Assembly (NCBI RefSeq): GCF_003992015.1
Contig: NZ_RQVK01000005.1
Span: 24,093 to 64,092, forward strand
Reading direction: 5' to 3'
DNA from: Veillonella sp. VA137
Lineage (GTDB): Bacteria; Bacillota; Negativicutes; Veillonellales; Veillonellaceae
Length of the DNA stretch: 40,000 nucleotides
The translations under genes and the position numbers were made by a program. Shown piece by piece: positions 24,487 to 33,834 of the stretch. Numbering within the stretch: the first letter of the stretch is position 1; each line of letters opens with the position of its first letter. The notes beneath the pieces were generated by a model, which made no database searches, had not been told where the DNA came from, and saw only the letters and a program-made list of their open reading frames with translations.

Positions 24487-24838
24487 GGTGGTTGAGCTTA
24501 TTGAAGGCTCAACAAAGTTTGTTGCCATCGAAACACAAACACTTGAGTACATCATTCAAAGCGAACTGGATAAGGTACTCGCTGACATCAACCACACGGA
24601 ACTACCTAAAGAGCTTGAAACGTACGTTGTACGTCGAGCGAGTGGCATGTTCATTCACTTGAATGCCAAGGAGATTTTAGGCGGTGATGGTGCCCAGATT
24701 GCTAAATCCATTCGTATGGGTGACACATCAATTGACCTAGGCGGTACCACCGATGAAGACCGATTGCGAGCACTCATTGGCGAACTCACTCAAGAAGATA
24801 GGAGGTTGCTAGCATGTTACCGACGAATCAGATGGTAA
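24440..24838 (+). CDS. head-tail connector protein (putative)
   Basis: Position and size. Start uncertain: ATG 24440/24443, or GTG 24488 right after the stop of the previous ORF. Confidence 0.6.
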   Translation: MMETQQQKKAQALIPKVVELIEGSTKFVAIETQTLEYIIQSELDKVLADINHTELPKELETYVVRRASGMFIHLNAKEILGGDGAQIAKSIRMGDTSIDLGGTTDEDRLRALIGELTQEDRRLLACYRRIRW

Positions 24839-25188
24839 ATATTTACCGTAAGAATTTGGAGCAAATGTATGATTGCTTGGTGACCGTGTTAACCGAAGAG
24901 GAAACGGTCGACGAAGCGACTGGTATTACTAGTATTAATCGAACCGTAGAAGAGGGACCCTATCCGTGTAGGGTCTCTTTTAAATCCTCGACCACATCGC
25001 AAGCTGACGGATTACCAAAATTCGCTCAAAACACAACGTTATTCATGTCGCCTGACGTGATTGTAGCTAAAGGGGCACGCATGCACATTGTAGGCCGTCA
25101 GAGAGAGTTTTATGCAAAGTCTAGTTCAATGCCAAACGTGTATGACAGCCACCAAGAAATTCAGTTAGAGAATTTGGAGGTGCGATGA
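24814..25188 (+). CDS. head closure / head-tail adaptor protein (putative)
   Basis: Position and size in the connector module. Confidence 0.55.
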   Translation: MLPTNQMVNIYRKNLEQMYDCLVTVLTEEETVDEATGITSINRTVEEGPYPCRVSFKSSTTSQADGLPKFAQNTTLFMSPDVIVAKGARMHIVGRQREFYAKSSSMPNVYDSHQEIQLENLEVR

Positions 25189-25751
25189 TGGCAGAGTTAG
25201 ATTTTGATTTTAGTGGAATTAAAAACCTCCAAAAAAATTTACAAACATTAGCTCAATCTGGAAACCTTGAAGGTGCCATGAATGCTATTGTTAATAAAAT
25301 GGGCGCCGTGTATTTACGTGAGGCAAAGAAGAAAACGCCAGTAGGACCTCGGAGCATTCAAATGCTAGTGGGGCATGACAGCAAAGGCAATCCGAAATAT
25401 GAAACTCACTACTTTGATACGCAGAATATGCGCCGTAGTTGGTTTATGGATAAGCCATTTTTTCATAATGGCAATAGCCGTAATAGGTTAACTTTATCTG
25501 TAAAAGTATTCAACACATCTCGATATGCATCTTATGTAGATGATGGACACCGCCAAAAAGTAGGGCAGTTCCTACCATTTATTGGTACTGGATGGCAAGG
25601 TGGTAAAGTTCACGGAGGTCGATTGAAGAAGTCGTGGGTTGATGGGTTAGACATCACGTTGCATGCCAAGAATGTGGTTGAAAATAACGCAAACAACATC
25701 ATGAATAGTGGGTTCAATGCGTGGCTAAGGAGCGTGTTAAACAATGGTTGA
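25185..25751 (+). CDS. HK97 gp10-like tail-completion protein (putative)
   Basis: Position. The N-terminal pattern ..AMNAIVNKMGAVYLREAKKKTPVG... Confidence 0.55.
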   Translation: MMAELDFDFSGIKNLQKNLQTLAQSGNLEGAMNAIVNKMGAVYLREAKKKTPVGPRSIQMLVGHDSKGNPKYETHYFDTQNMRRSWFMDKPFFHNGNSRNRLTLSVKVFNTSRYASYVDDGHRQKVGQFLPFIGTGWQGGKVHGGRLKKSWVDGLDITLHAKNVVENNANNIMNSGFNAWLRSVLNNG

Positions 25752-26184
25752 TATTCAGTTAACTGAAGGCATAACTAAAGCCTTATATGATGCGTTCAAA
25801 GTGCCAGTGTACTTGGAGTGGAAAGAAAATAAAATGAAGTTTCCTTGTTTCGTTGTTAAGGTGGCAGATTCTAACCACGATTTACACGTTTCCAAGTTGT
25901 ATGATCGCAAGCTTGATTATTCCGTGAAATACTTCCTAAATGCTGAAAGTATTCCAGTGAATTACCGCAAGGACCTACTGCAAATAGGCGAACAACTTTA
26001 CGACGTATTGGAATATGTGAAAGTGGGAGACCGCATCACACGTGGTGAGGGTATGAAGTATAACGAAAATGATGGGGTTTTGCACTTTAGCGTGACATAC
26101 GAAATGCTACTTCATAAGGAAAGCAAGAAGGTTCCAGCAATGGAGCGATTACAAGTGAACGAAAGGAGTTCAAAGAATGGATGA
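25744..26184 (+). CDS. tail terminator / sheath-proximal connector protein (putative)
   Basis: Position immediately upstream of the sheath module. Confidence 0.5.
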   Translation: MVDIQLTEGITKALYDAFKVPVYLEWKENKMKFPCFVVKVADSNHDLHVSKLYDRKLDYSVKYFLNAESIPVNYRKDLLQIGEQLYDVLEYVKVGDRITRGEGMKYNENDGVLHFSVTYEMLLHKESKKVPAMERLQVNERSSKNG

Positions 26185-26344
26185 ACGATTTGATGGCTAC
26201 ACAATCATTGCATCGGAGAAATACAAACGATACAAGGATATTTTAGCCGTACTTTTAGATGATGACATGACATATACGCATGAAGAGATTGACGAGATTT
26301 TACAAAACGAGTTCAATCGTCAGATTGTGGAATTTAAGAATTAG
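26177..26344 (+). CDS. small hypothetical protein (55 aa)
   Basis: MDERFDGYTIIASEKYKRYKDIL.. with SD aaaggag upstream. Fills the gap before the sheath gene. Below the ORF-track cutoff. Confidence 0.45.
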   Translation: MDERFDGYTIIASEKYKRYKDILAVLLDDDMTYTHEEIDEILQNEFNRQIVEFKN

Positions 26345-26355
26345 GAGGTGCACAG

Positions 26356-27711
26356 ATGGCATTAGGTGGAGGAACGTTCTTGTTCCACAATAAGGTGTTG
26401 CCAGGGGCATACATCAACTTTATTAGTAAAAATAGAGCATATGCAGAAGTGGCTGACCGTGGATACGGCGCTATGATGTTATCTCTTGATTGGGGGCCAA
26501 GTGGCGAAGTATTCCGAGTAGATGTGGATGAGTTCCAAAAGAATTGCCAAGATTACTTTGGTTACGACTTTGGCCACCCTAAAATGAAAGGCTTACGTGA
26601 CTTGTTTAAGCATTTAAAAACAGGCCAGTTCTACCGCTTAAATAGTGATGGCGAAAAAGCAAGCAATGACTACGGTAAGGCGAAATACTCAGGTATTCGA
26701 GGAAATGATCTTGGGGTATCTGTACAGTCTGACCCAGACGCAACAAGTGCGTTCATCGTAACGACCTACATCACAACAAATGATGTGCGCAAAGTTGTTG
26801 ACAAACAAACAGGCGTTGCGAAGGCAGCCGATTTGGTGGACAACGCCTACGTTGAATTTAAGAAGAATGCTAACTTAGTAGCAACTGCTTACACTGCTTT
26901 CACAGGTGGTACAAATGGTTCCGTTGTGACTAGCAAGAACTACCAAGATGGACTTGAGTTCTTAGAGCCTTACTACTTCAATATATTAGGTTATGTAGGT
27001 TCAGATGAAACCATTAAGAACTTATTAATTGCCTTTACATCTCGAGTGCGTAATTTCACGGGAGCAAAATGTCAACTTGTATGCCACGGAAAAAAAGGCG
27101 TTAACAACGAGGGTATTATTAGTATTTTAAATACAGTAACAGACCAGGGCGAAGATCCAACCTCCGCAGTCTATTGGACGGTTGGCAGTGAGGCTTCTTG
27201 TAATATCAATGAGTCTTTATCTAACCGTAGATACGACGGTGAGTTTACAATCAATACCAAATATAAGCAATTTGAACTTGAGCAAGCTATCAAAGATGGA
27301 ATGTTTATGTTTCATAACGTATCCGACCCAGTAGGCGGCAATGTGCAAGGTGAAGTGCGTGTATTAAAGGATATCAACACATTTACAGAGTTCACAAAAG
27401 AAAAGAACCAAGATTTCGCATTAAATCAATGTATTCGAGTGTTAGACAATTGGGCGATTGATGCAGGTCGTACGTTCAATAAAGGATACTTAGGCAAAGT
27501 TCAAAACGATGCAGATGGACGTCGTGCGTTGTGGGGTGACCTTGTTTATCTTGGGGAACAATATCAAAGAGTTAGAGCAATTCAAAACTTTGACGATAAA
27601 GATATTGAAATTCCAACGCAAGGCGACAATAAAGAAGATGTCATTGTAAATGTAAACATTCAACCTACGGTTGCGATGGAAAAACTTTACATGACGGTAA
27701 TCGTAGAATAG
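26356..27711 (+). CDS. contractile tail sheath protein (XkdK-like)
   Basis: 451 aa. Position before the tube gene. SD ttaggagg upstream. Confidence 0.8.
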   Translation: MALGGGTFLFHNKVLPGAYINFISKNRAYAEVADRGYGAMMLSLDWGPSGEVFRVDVDEFQKNCQDYFGYDFGHPKMKGLRDLFKHLKTGQFYRLNSDGEKASNDYGKAKYSGIRGNDLGVSVQSDPDATSAFIVTTYITTNDVRKVVDKQTGVAKAADLVDNAYVEFKKNANLVATAYTAFTGGTNGSVVTSKNYQDGLEFLEPYYFNILGYVGSDETIKNLLIAFTSRVRNFTGAKCQLVCHGKKGVNNEGIISILNTVTDQGEDPTSAVYWTVGSEASCNINESLSNRRYDGEFTINTKYKQFELEQAIKDGMFMFHNVSDPVGGNVQGEVRVLKDINTFTEFTKEKNQDFALNQCIRVLDNWAIDAGRTFNKGYLGKVQNDADGRRALWGDLVYLGEQYQRVRAIQNFDDKDIEIPTQGDNKEDVIVNVNIQPTVAMEKLYMTVIVE

Positions 27712-27721
27712 GAGGTAACAG

Positions 27722-28219
27722 ATGGCAGAAGAAACTACTTTTAATTCAGTTGGCACAATGAATGCTAGTGATGTTATCAGCGCTAAATTGGCGACATGTT
27801 ACGTCATTGCTAATAATAAACGCAAGTTATTATTTCAAGCCAAGAATTTAAAGGCGGAAGTTAAAAAGAAAAAGGATCAAGTTGCTATTTTAGGGCGCAT
27901 GTTGAAAGGCAATAAAACAACATCCTTAGAAGGTACTGGTAAACTTACGATTTATAAAAATACATCCTTGTTTGATGAAATGATTGAAAAGTTGATTAAA
28001 ACAGGTGTAGATACGTACTTTGATATGCAAGTTACAAATCTTGATCCAACGTCAAATGCAGGACCTCGTTCTGTTATTTTAGTTGGCTGTAACTTAGACG
28101 TTACGCCAGTAGCCGATTTTGATGCGGATGGGAAATGGCTTGAAGATGAGTTAGCATTTACATTTGAAAGTGTTCGATACGTTACACACTTTAAAGAATT
28201 AGATGGAATGAATGCATAG
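27722..28219 (+). CDS. tail tube protein (XkdM-like)
   Basis: Resembles the XkdM pattern (..GTGKLTIYKNTSLF.., ..FTFE..). Confidence 0.75.
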   Translation: MAEETTFNSVGTMNASDVISAKLATCYVIANNKRKLLFQAKNLKAEVKKKKDQVAILGRMLKGNKTTSLEGTGKLTIYKNTSLFDEMIEKLIKTGVDTYFDMQVTNLDPTSNAGPRSVILVGCNLDVTPVADFDADGKWLEDELAFTFESVRYVTHFKELDGMNA

Positions 28220-28228
28220 GAGGAAGAA

Positions 28229-28660
28229 ATGGTTGAAACATTAAAAGGCTTTTTTAAGCAAAATGCCAAGATTGTAACGGAAGTAGAATATGTGGCATCC
28301 AAACGATTTACAGATGAGAATGGTGACCCAATCGTATGGCGCATCCGTGTATTAACTAATAAGGAATTAGACAAGTTACGTGCTCGTTTTACTAAAAAAG
28401 TATACGAGCCTGGTACACGTACCGCCGAAGAACGTATGGATTTGACTGCATTTACAGATGAATTGTTAGTCCGTACGATTGTATTCCCAACATTGGATGA
28501 TATGGAATTGCAAAACTCTTGGGGAGTATCCAATGAGTTAGACCTCGTAAAAGCAATGTTAAACGGTGGCGAGTTGACAGATTTAACACGTGCCATCCAA
28601 GAGGCGCAAGGCTTTGAAACTGGCTTTGAGGATAAGGTTAAAGAAGTAAAAAACTCCTAA
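28229..28660 (+). CDS. tail assembly chaperone (XkdN-like), short form
   Basis: Position between the tube and tape measure genes. VASKRFTDENGDPIVWRIRVLTNKELDKLR. Confidence 0.75.
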   Translation: MVETLKGFFKQNAKIVTEVEYVASKRFTDENGDPIVWRIRVLTNKELDKLRARFTKKVYEPGTRTAEERMDLTAFTDELLVRTIVFPTLDDMELQNSWGVSNELDLVKAMLNGGELTDLTRAIQEAQGFETGFEDKVKEVKNS

Positions 28661-28827
28661 GCGCCAATGACGGTGAGACATACCTTGCCTATGTAGCATT
28701 CGTAAAATACAATATCCGTCCCTCCGAGTTCATTAACATGGACTTAGAGGAACGGGCTTGTATTTACGCATTTATGCAACAACACGCCAAGGATGAGAAG
28801 AAAGCACAGAAAGGAGGCGGGATCTAG
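28229..28827 (+). CDS. tail assembly chaperone, -1 frameshift-extended form
   Basis: The -1 frame is open from 28654 to a TAG at 28825-28827 (..LLSANDGETYLAYVAFVKYNIRPSEF..KAQKGGGI*). That TAG overlaps the tape measure GTG start. Confidence 0.7.
28648..28654 (+). promoter_or_regulatory. -1 programmed ribosomal frameshift slippery heptamer A_AAA_AAC
   Basis: The heptamer is in the correct zero-frame phase (gtA AAA AAC tcc taa), 4 nt before the chaperone stop codon. Confidence 0.7.
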
Positions 28828-30839
28828 TGGCAACGATTACAAACTATATAAACTTATCAACGAATATTCCAGCGGTTGCTCAAAGTGCAGCAAATGGGAT
28901 GATAAACCTTGCCAACGGCGCTAATAATGCGACTGGCAAAATGCAACAATTTATTAATGTCACAAACTCAGCTAAAAGCGGTTGGGGAGGATTCCTTGCA
29001 TCGTTTACAGGCAATTTCTTTGCAGACTTGGCAATGCGAGGTATTAGCATGGTCACTGGCGCAATTAGCAGCCTTAATCAAACAGCCAACGAGTTTAATT
29101 CGATTCAAGCAAGGCTTAACTTGGTCACAGGCGATCAAGCAAATGCAGTAGCATTGAATAAACAAATTTATGATTCAGCAATACGAGCCCGTGGGGGTTA
29201 CATGGAAATGGCAGAATCTGTAACGCAATTATCGATGTCAGCACACGATGCATTCCCTGACCCACGTGAGGCGGTTGGATTCATGGAGGGCATTCAAAAA
29301 TTATTCGTTATTGGCGGTGCAAGCAAGGCTAGCCAAAAGAATGCTATGCTCCAATTAACCCAAGGTATGGCAAGCGGTCAATTACAAGGTGATGAGTTCC
29401 GTTCCATTGCAGAGAATGCACCAATCATTGAAAATATGATTGCCAAAACGATGGGTGTAAGCCGTGGCGAACTCAAGCAGTTAGCAGCGGATGGTAAAGT
29501 TACATCCGAGGTAATTAAGAAGTCGATTATGGACAATATGCCAGAAATTGAAGCACAATTTGCTAAAATGCCTAAGACATTTGATGACCATATGACGGAG
29601 TTAAAAAACCGGGCTATCAACGCATTTACACCAGTATTTGAGAGATTAAAAGATTTTGGTAACAGTGAAGTCATGGGTAGGATGTTTGACGGCATAGCCA
29701 ATGCCATAGAATATGTAGCGCCGTTCTTCTATTGGCTCGTAGGAGTTGCAGAATGGGCAATGTCAGGAATTACCACGGCATTCGGAGCGGTCAGCGATTT
29801 CCTCAGTGAAAACTTTGGAATCGTTGAGGTGGCATTAGGTATATTAGCAGGCGTGATAGCTTATTATGCTACGATGTCCTTAATTTCCGCAGCTAATACG
29901 GCGATTGCAATGGGAGCTGTTGCTGCTAAAACGGTGGTCGATTGGGCAGAAACCGCAGCTATTATTGCCATGGAAGCGGCACAATATGGATTGAATGCAG
30001 CAATTGCTTTATGCCCAATTACGTGGATTGTTGGTGGGATTATTCTTCTTATAGGATTATTCTACTTAGCCGTTGCTGGAATCAATTACTTCGCAGGTAC
30101 TTCAATTAGTGCCACAGGTATTATATTTGGGGCTTTTGCATGGTTGTGGGCAGGCATTAGGAATACATTTACATTTGTATGGAATTTAGTTGCAAGTGTA
30201 GCCAACTTCTTGGCGAATGTATTCCAAGACCCATTGGCGGCAATTTATAATCTATTCTCCGACATTTGGAGCAACGTGGTTGATTTGATTGCGACGGCTG
30301 TAAACTCATCAATAGATTTGATTAAGAAGATACCAGGAATGTCGCTTCTAATCGGTAATGCTCACGTAACAGCGGATGATTTTAAATTTAGCCATGCGCC
30401 AGTAGCGGGCGGAGAAAAAACGATTATGCCTAAAATGGAGATGGTTAACGCAGCAGATTATGCGAGCGCAGGATATGCTATGGGTGAGAATCTATTCAAT
30501 TTTGAAATGCCAACTCCTACGATTCCTGAGTATAAAGCCAAAGAAATGGAAGGTACTAAGAAAGATGGCACTCCAAAAGATTCAAAGGCGGGTAAAGAAA
30601 CCGCCAATAATACGAAACGAATGGCGGATGCGGTTGAGATGACGGCGGATGAAATTAAAGAATTACGTGAAAGTGCGGTTCAATCGGCGCTTAACCAATT
30701 CAACCAATCTCACGTCATCGTGAATGTGGACATGGATAACAACATCTCCAATGAAATGGAATTAGACGGAGTAACATCCAAGTTGCTTGATGGCATTCGT
30801 AATGCAGTTGGAATGAAACGGGAAGGGGTGGCAATGTAA
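28827..30839 (+). CDS. tail tape measure protein
   Basis: 670 aa. TMP core ..NAMLQLTQGMASGQLQGDEFRSIAENAP.. and a central hydrophobic region. GTG start. Confidence 0.9.
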   Translation: MATITNYINLSTNIPAVAQSAANGMINLANGANNATGKMQQFINVTNSAKSGWGGFLASFTGNFFADLAMRGISMVTGAISSLNQTANEFNSIQARLNLVTGDQANAVALNKQIYDSAIRARGGYMEMAESVTQLSMSAHDAFPDPREAVGFMEGIQKLFVIGGASKASQKNAMLQLTQGMASGQLQGDEFRSIAENAPIIENMIAKTMGVSRGELKQLAADGKVTSEVIKKSIMDNMPEIEAQFAKMPKTFDDHMTELKNRAINAFTPVFERLKDFGNSEVMGRMFDGIANAIEYVAPFFYWLVGVAEWAMSGITTAFGAVSDFLSENFGIVEVALGILAGVIAYYATMSLISAANTAIAMGAVAAKTVVDWAETAAIIAMEAAQYGLNAAIALCPITWIVGGIILLIGLFYLAVAGINYFAGTSISATGIIFGAFAWLWAGIRNTFTFVWNLVASVANFLANVFQDPLAAIYNLFSDIWSNVVDLIATAVNSSIDLIKKIPGMSLLIGNAHVTADDFKFSHAPVAGGEKTIMPKMEMVNAADYASAGYAMGENLFNFEMPTPTIPEYKAKEMEGTKKDGTPKDSKAGKETANNTKRMADAVEMTADEIKELRESAVQSALNQFNQSHVIVNVDMDNNISNEMELDGVTSKLLDGIRNAVGMKREGVAM

Positions 30840-31504
30840 TGTATTATTTCTTCTTAAATTCAATGCAGATACCAATTCCACCACCTTCGATGACTACATC
30901 CATTAATGGGAAGAACGAAACCATTGACCTAATTGGCGCTGGAGAGGTTAACATTGTTAAGCCGCCAGGGCTAACAGATTGGTCATTCAAAATATTACTT
31001 CCTAACAACGATTACCCTTTCAATCAATCTCTTATTATGAAGTCGAAAAAGGCGGAGTATTACCTCGACAAACTCAAGCGATTTAAGCAAGAGAAAAAGC
31101 CTTTTCAGTTTATCGTAGTACGGATGAGTGAAAAGGGTGACATGCTTAGTATGACCAATACTAAGGTGACGTTAGAGGATTACTCAATTGAGGAATCTCA
31201 TGAGCTAGGCATTGATTGTGAGGTGCCTATTAAGCTCAAGCAATGGAAGGATTGGGGAGCTAAGAAACTATCTGTAGAAACCGATGAAAAGGGCAATGCA
31301 AAAGGCACGGTCACAACCAATCGACCATCAGATAAAGCGCCTAATCCAACGGTTAAGGTAAAACAAGGCAACACCTTGCAACAAATTGTAAAGCGTGAAT
31401 TTGGAAACACTGACAATCTATTTGCCATTGCATCGCTCAATAAGGTTGCAGTTCCTGCTGTACTTGCGGTTGGTCAAGTTATTCAGTTGAAAGAAGGTAA
31501 ATGA
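30839..31504 (+). CDS. XkdP-like baseplate/tail protein with C-terminal LysM
   Basis: The C-terminus VKVKQGNTLQQIVKREFGNTDNLFAIASLNKV..VGQVIQL is LysM-like. Confidence 0.7.
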   Translation: MYYFFLNSMQIPIPPPSMTTSINGKNETIDLIGAGEVNIVKPPGLTDWSFKILLPNNDYPFNQSLIMKSKKAEYYLDKLKRFKQEKKPFQFIVVRMSEKGDMLSMTNTKVTLEDYSIEESHELGIDCEVPIKLKQWKDWGAKKLSVETDEKGNAKGTVTTNRPSDKAPNPTVKVKQGNTLQQIVKREFGNTDNLFAIASLNKVAVPAVLAVGQVIQLKEGK

Positions 31505-33006
31505 TGGTTAATCAAATGGCAATGCCAGTACCGTATCGATACCAACTCATCATAAGAAATGGTAATGATCAATACCTAGTAGACCCTTTAGAGGGAGTGC
31601 AAGTCACAAGAGGAATTGACGGCATTCCCTCTAAAATGTCGTTTAAAGTGATGACAGACGGAATCTTGCAATTTGAAGAGGGGAACGCCATTCAGTTCAA
31701 GTTAAATGATGACATCGTATTTGTTGGTAATGTGTTTGAGAAATCACGCGACAAAAGTGGTGTAATCAGTGTTACCGCCTACGACCAATTACGATATTTG
31801 AAGAATAAGGATTGCTATGTATATGGCGGTATTACAGCAACTGACCTAATTAAAATGATAGCCACTGATTTCGGATTACAAATAGGCGAACTTGACAATA
31901 CGCAGTATGTCATTCCATCTACCCCAATGCGTGTAGAGAAGAATAAAACTCTCGTTGACATCATTATGTACGCATTAGAACAAACGGTAATCAACATACC
32001 AAAGCATGACCTTTACCATCTATATGATGATAAAGGAAAACTTATGCTAAAGTCGCTTGAAGCCATGAAAACAGACATCTATATTGATGATGACGTGATG
32101 GAAAATATCAATTATAAAACATCGATTGATAAAGATACATTTAATCAGGTGAAAGTTGTCCGTAACGTGCCAGATGGAGACAAGAAAAAGTTAGTAACTA
32201 CCGCCATTTTAAAAGATGATGAAAACATCAAAAAATGGGGGCGATTGCAATACTTAATGATACCAGACGATAAGGTAGCGAATGCAGTCGATAGGGCTAA
32301 GCGAATCATAAGCCTAAAGAATCGTAAAACTCGTGAGATTAGGCTCAAAAATGTCATTGGTGACATTAGGGTGCGTGGCGGTACCTTGTTATACCTGAAG
32401 AAGAATCTAGGCGATATTGTGGTGGATAATTACGTTATGGTGGAATCGGTAACTCATACATTCAAACATGGCTACCACTCCATGGACTTAGATTTATACT
32501 ACCAAGGCGACCCTGCTAAGTATGAAGTTGCCAAAGATGAAGATGCGAAAGCGGTTGAGCAGATTAAGGCGGCGGAGCAGAAAAAGTCGCAACATAATGG
32601 AGGTAATGCAGTGGCAGGAGTTAATCCAAATCAAGTAGATTACGGATTCCAAGCAAATGAAGGCATGGTATCCCAATATGGCGAAGTCGGTTGTGTAGAC
32701 GTAGCTGTAAAAACTGGTTCTTATTACAACAAAGACCTCAAGGAGTTAGCCGATAGAGGGGTGACAGATGTTGATACTCTTGAAAGTTCGTTAAAAGCCA
32801 AAGGGTACAAAGTAGAACTCTTTAATGGCTATGCTAACAAAGGCGACTTGCTCGTATACGGCAATAATGATCACGTTATTATCGCAGATGGCGCAGGCGG
32901 TGGATTTGGCAACAGTTCAAGTCGTGGCCATGCCATGAGATATGGCGATGTGAATTACGCATGGGGTAATGGTGAAGCACCTACTAAGATAATAAGGATG
33001 ACGTAG
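31501..33006 (+). CDS. XkdQ-like baseplate hub protein fused to a C-terminal Cys/His peptidase-like domain
   Basis: TAYDQLRYLKNKD motif of XkdQ/YqbQ type. The C-terminal ~135 aa contains GEVGCVDVAV and NNDHVIIADG, a CHAP/NlpC-P60-like Cys..His arrangement. Confidence 0.7.
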   Translation: MMVNQMAMPVPYRYQLIIRNGNDQYLVDPLEGVQVTRGIDGIPSKMSFKVMTDGILQFEEGNAIQFKLNDDIVFVGNVFEKSRDKSGVISVTAYDQLRYLKNKDCYVYGGITATDLIKMIATDFGLQIGELDNTQYVIPSTPMRVEKNKTLVDIIMYALEQTVINIPKHDLYHLYDDKGKLMLKSLEAMKTDIYIDDDVMENINYKTSIDKDTFNQVKVVRNVPDGDKKKLVTTAILKDDENIKKWGRLQYLMIPDDKVANAVDRAKRIISLKNRKTREIRLKNVIGDIRVRGGTLLYLKKNLGDIVVDNYVMVESVTHTFKHGYHSMDLDLYYQGDPAKYEVAKDEDAKAVEQIKAAEQKKSQHNGGNAVAGVNPNQVDYGFQANEGMVSQYGEVGCVDVAVKTGSYYNKDLKELADRGVTDVDTLESSLKAKGYKVELFNGYANKGDLLVYGNNDHVIIADGAGGGFGNSSSRGHAMRYGDVNYAWGNGEAPTKIIRMT

Positions 33007-33007
33007 C

Positions 33008-33421
33008 ATGGAAAATGATTTTAACAAATTAGTTGATACTTTCAAAACACTAGTCACTGACACCATGAATGCCTACGTCATGAGTGATATCGTGATAGGT
33101 GAAGTTATTAGTGCTAGCCCCTATCAAATTCAAGTTGACCCTAAGATTATTATCCCTGAAAGTAATCTAGTGTTCACTAAGAATACCACGGATTGGACGG
33201 CAGAGATTAGTGTTGACCACGTCACAGAGAATAGAGGCGGTGGCGGTGGATATGCTGAATTTGCTAGTCACAATCATGATTATGTTGGTAGGAAAAAATT
33301 CCTTATCCATAATGCATTGCAAGTTGGAGACAAGGCAATTCTAATTCAAGAAAGTGGCGGACAGCGCTATATTGTGCTTGACCGCTGGTACAATCCGAAT
33401 AGGGGGTGCACTACTAAATGA
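33008..33421 (+). CDS. XkdR-like (DUF2577) baseplate protein
   Basis: VIGEVISASPYQIQVDPKIII.. pattern. Gene order. Confidence 0.65.
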   Translation: MENDFNKLVDTFKTLVTDTMNAYVMSDIVIGEVISASPYQIQVDPKIIIPESNLVFTKNTTDWTAEISVDHVTENRGGGGGYAEFASHNHDYVGRKKFLIHNALQVGDKAILIQESGGQRYIVLDRWYNPNRGCTTK

Positions 33422-33834
33422 GTGATAGGTTAATACCAAATGAAACCATCGCAGATGTTACGATTACTCATCAACCTAGTTACACGTACGCCATTGACTA
33501 TGCTAGAGATAGCCAAATTAGAGGGTTTACAGATGAATTAGAAGCGATGAAACAAGCTATCTATAAGATTATTAACACAGAGCGGTACGAATACATCATA
33601 TACAGTTGGAATTATGGAATTGAACTGCAAGACCTGTTTGGACAGCCTATACCATACGTATACGCAGAGTTACAACGACGCATCTCGGAAGCCTTATTGG
33701 CGGATGATCGCATAAAGGATGTGTACGGATTTGAGTTCGGACATAACCAAGGCGATGTATTCACAACCTTTAGTGTAGATACTATCTACGGTACTATTAC
33801 AGACTTGAGGAAGGAGCTGATTAACGTTGTATGA
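33418..33834 (+). CDS. XkdS-like (DUF2634) baseplate protein
   Basis: MKQAIYKIINTERYEYIIYSWNYGIELQDLFG. Confidence 0.7.
   Translation: MSDRLIPNETIADVTITHQPSYTYAIDYARDSQIRGFTDELEAMKQAIYKIINTERYEYIIYSWNYGIELQDLFGQPIPYVYAELQRRISEALLADDRIKDVYGFEFGHNQGDVFTTFSVDTIYGTITDLRKELINVV

Noticed and set aside
27952-28596. 214-aa minus-strand ORF across the tube and chaperone genes.
   Set aside because: It is antisense to strongly supported tail genes and has Ser/Asn/Val-rich shadow composition.
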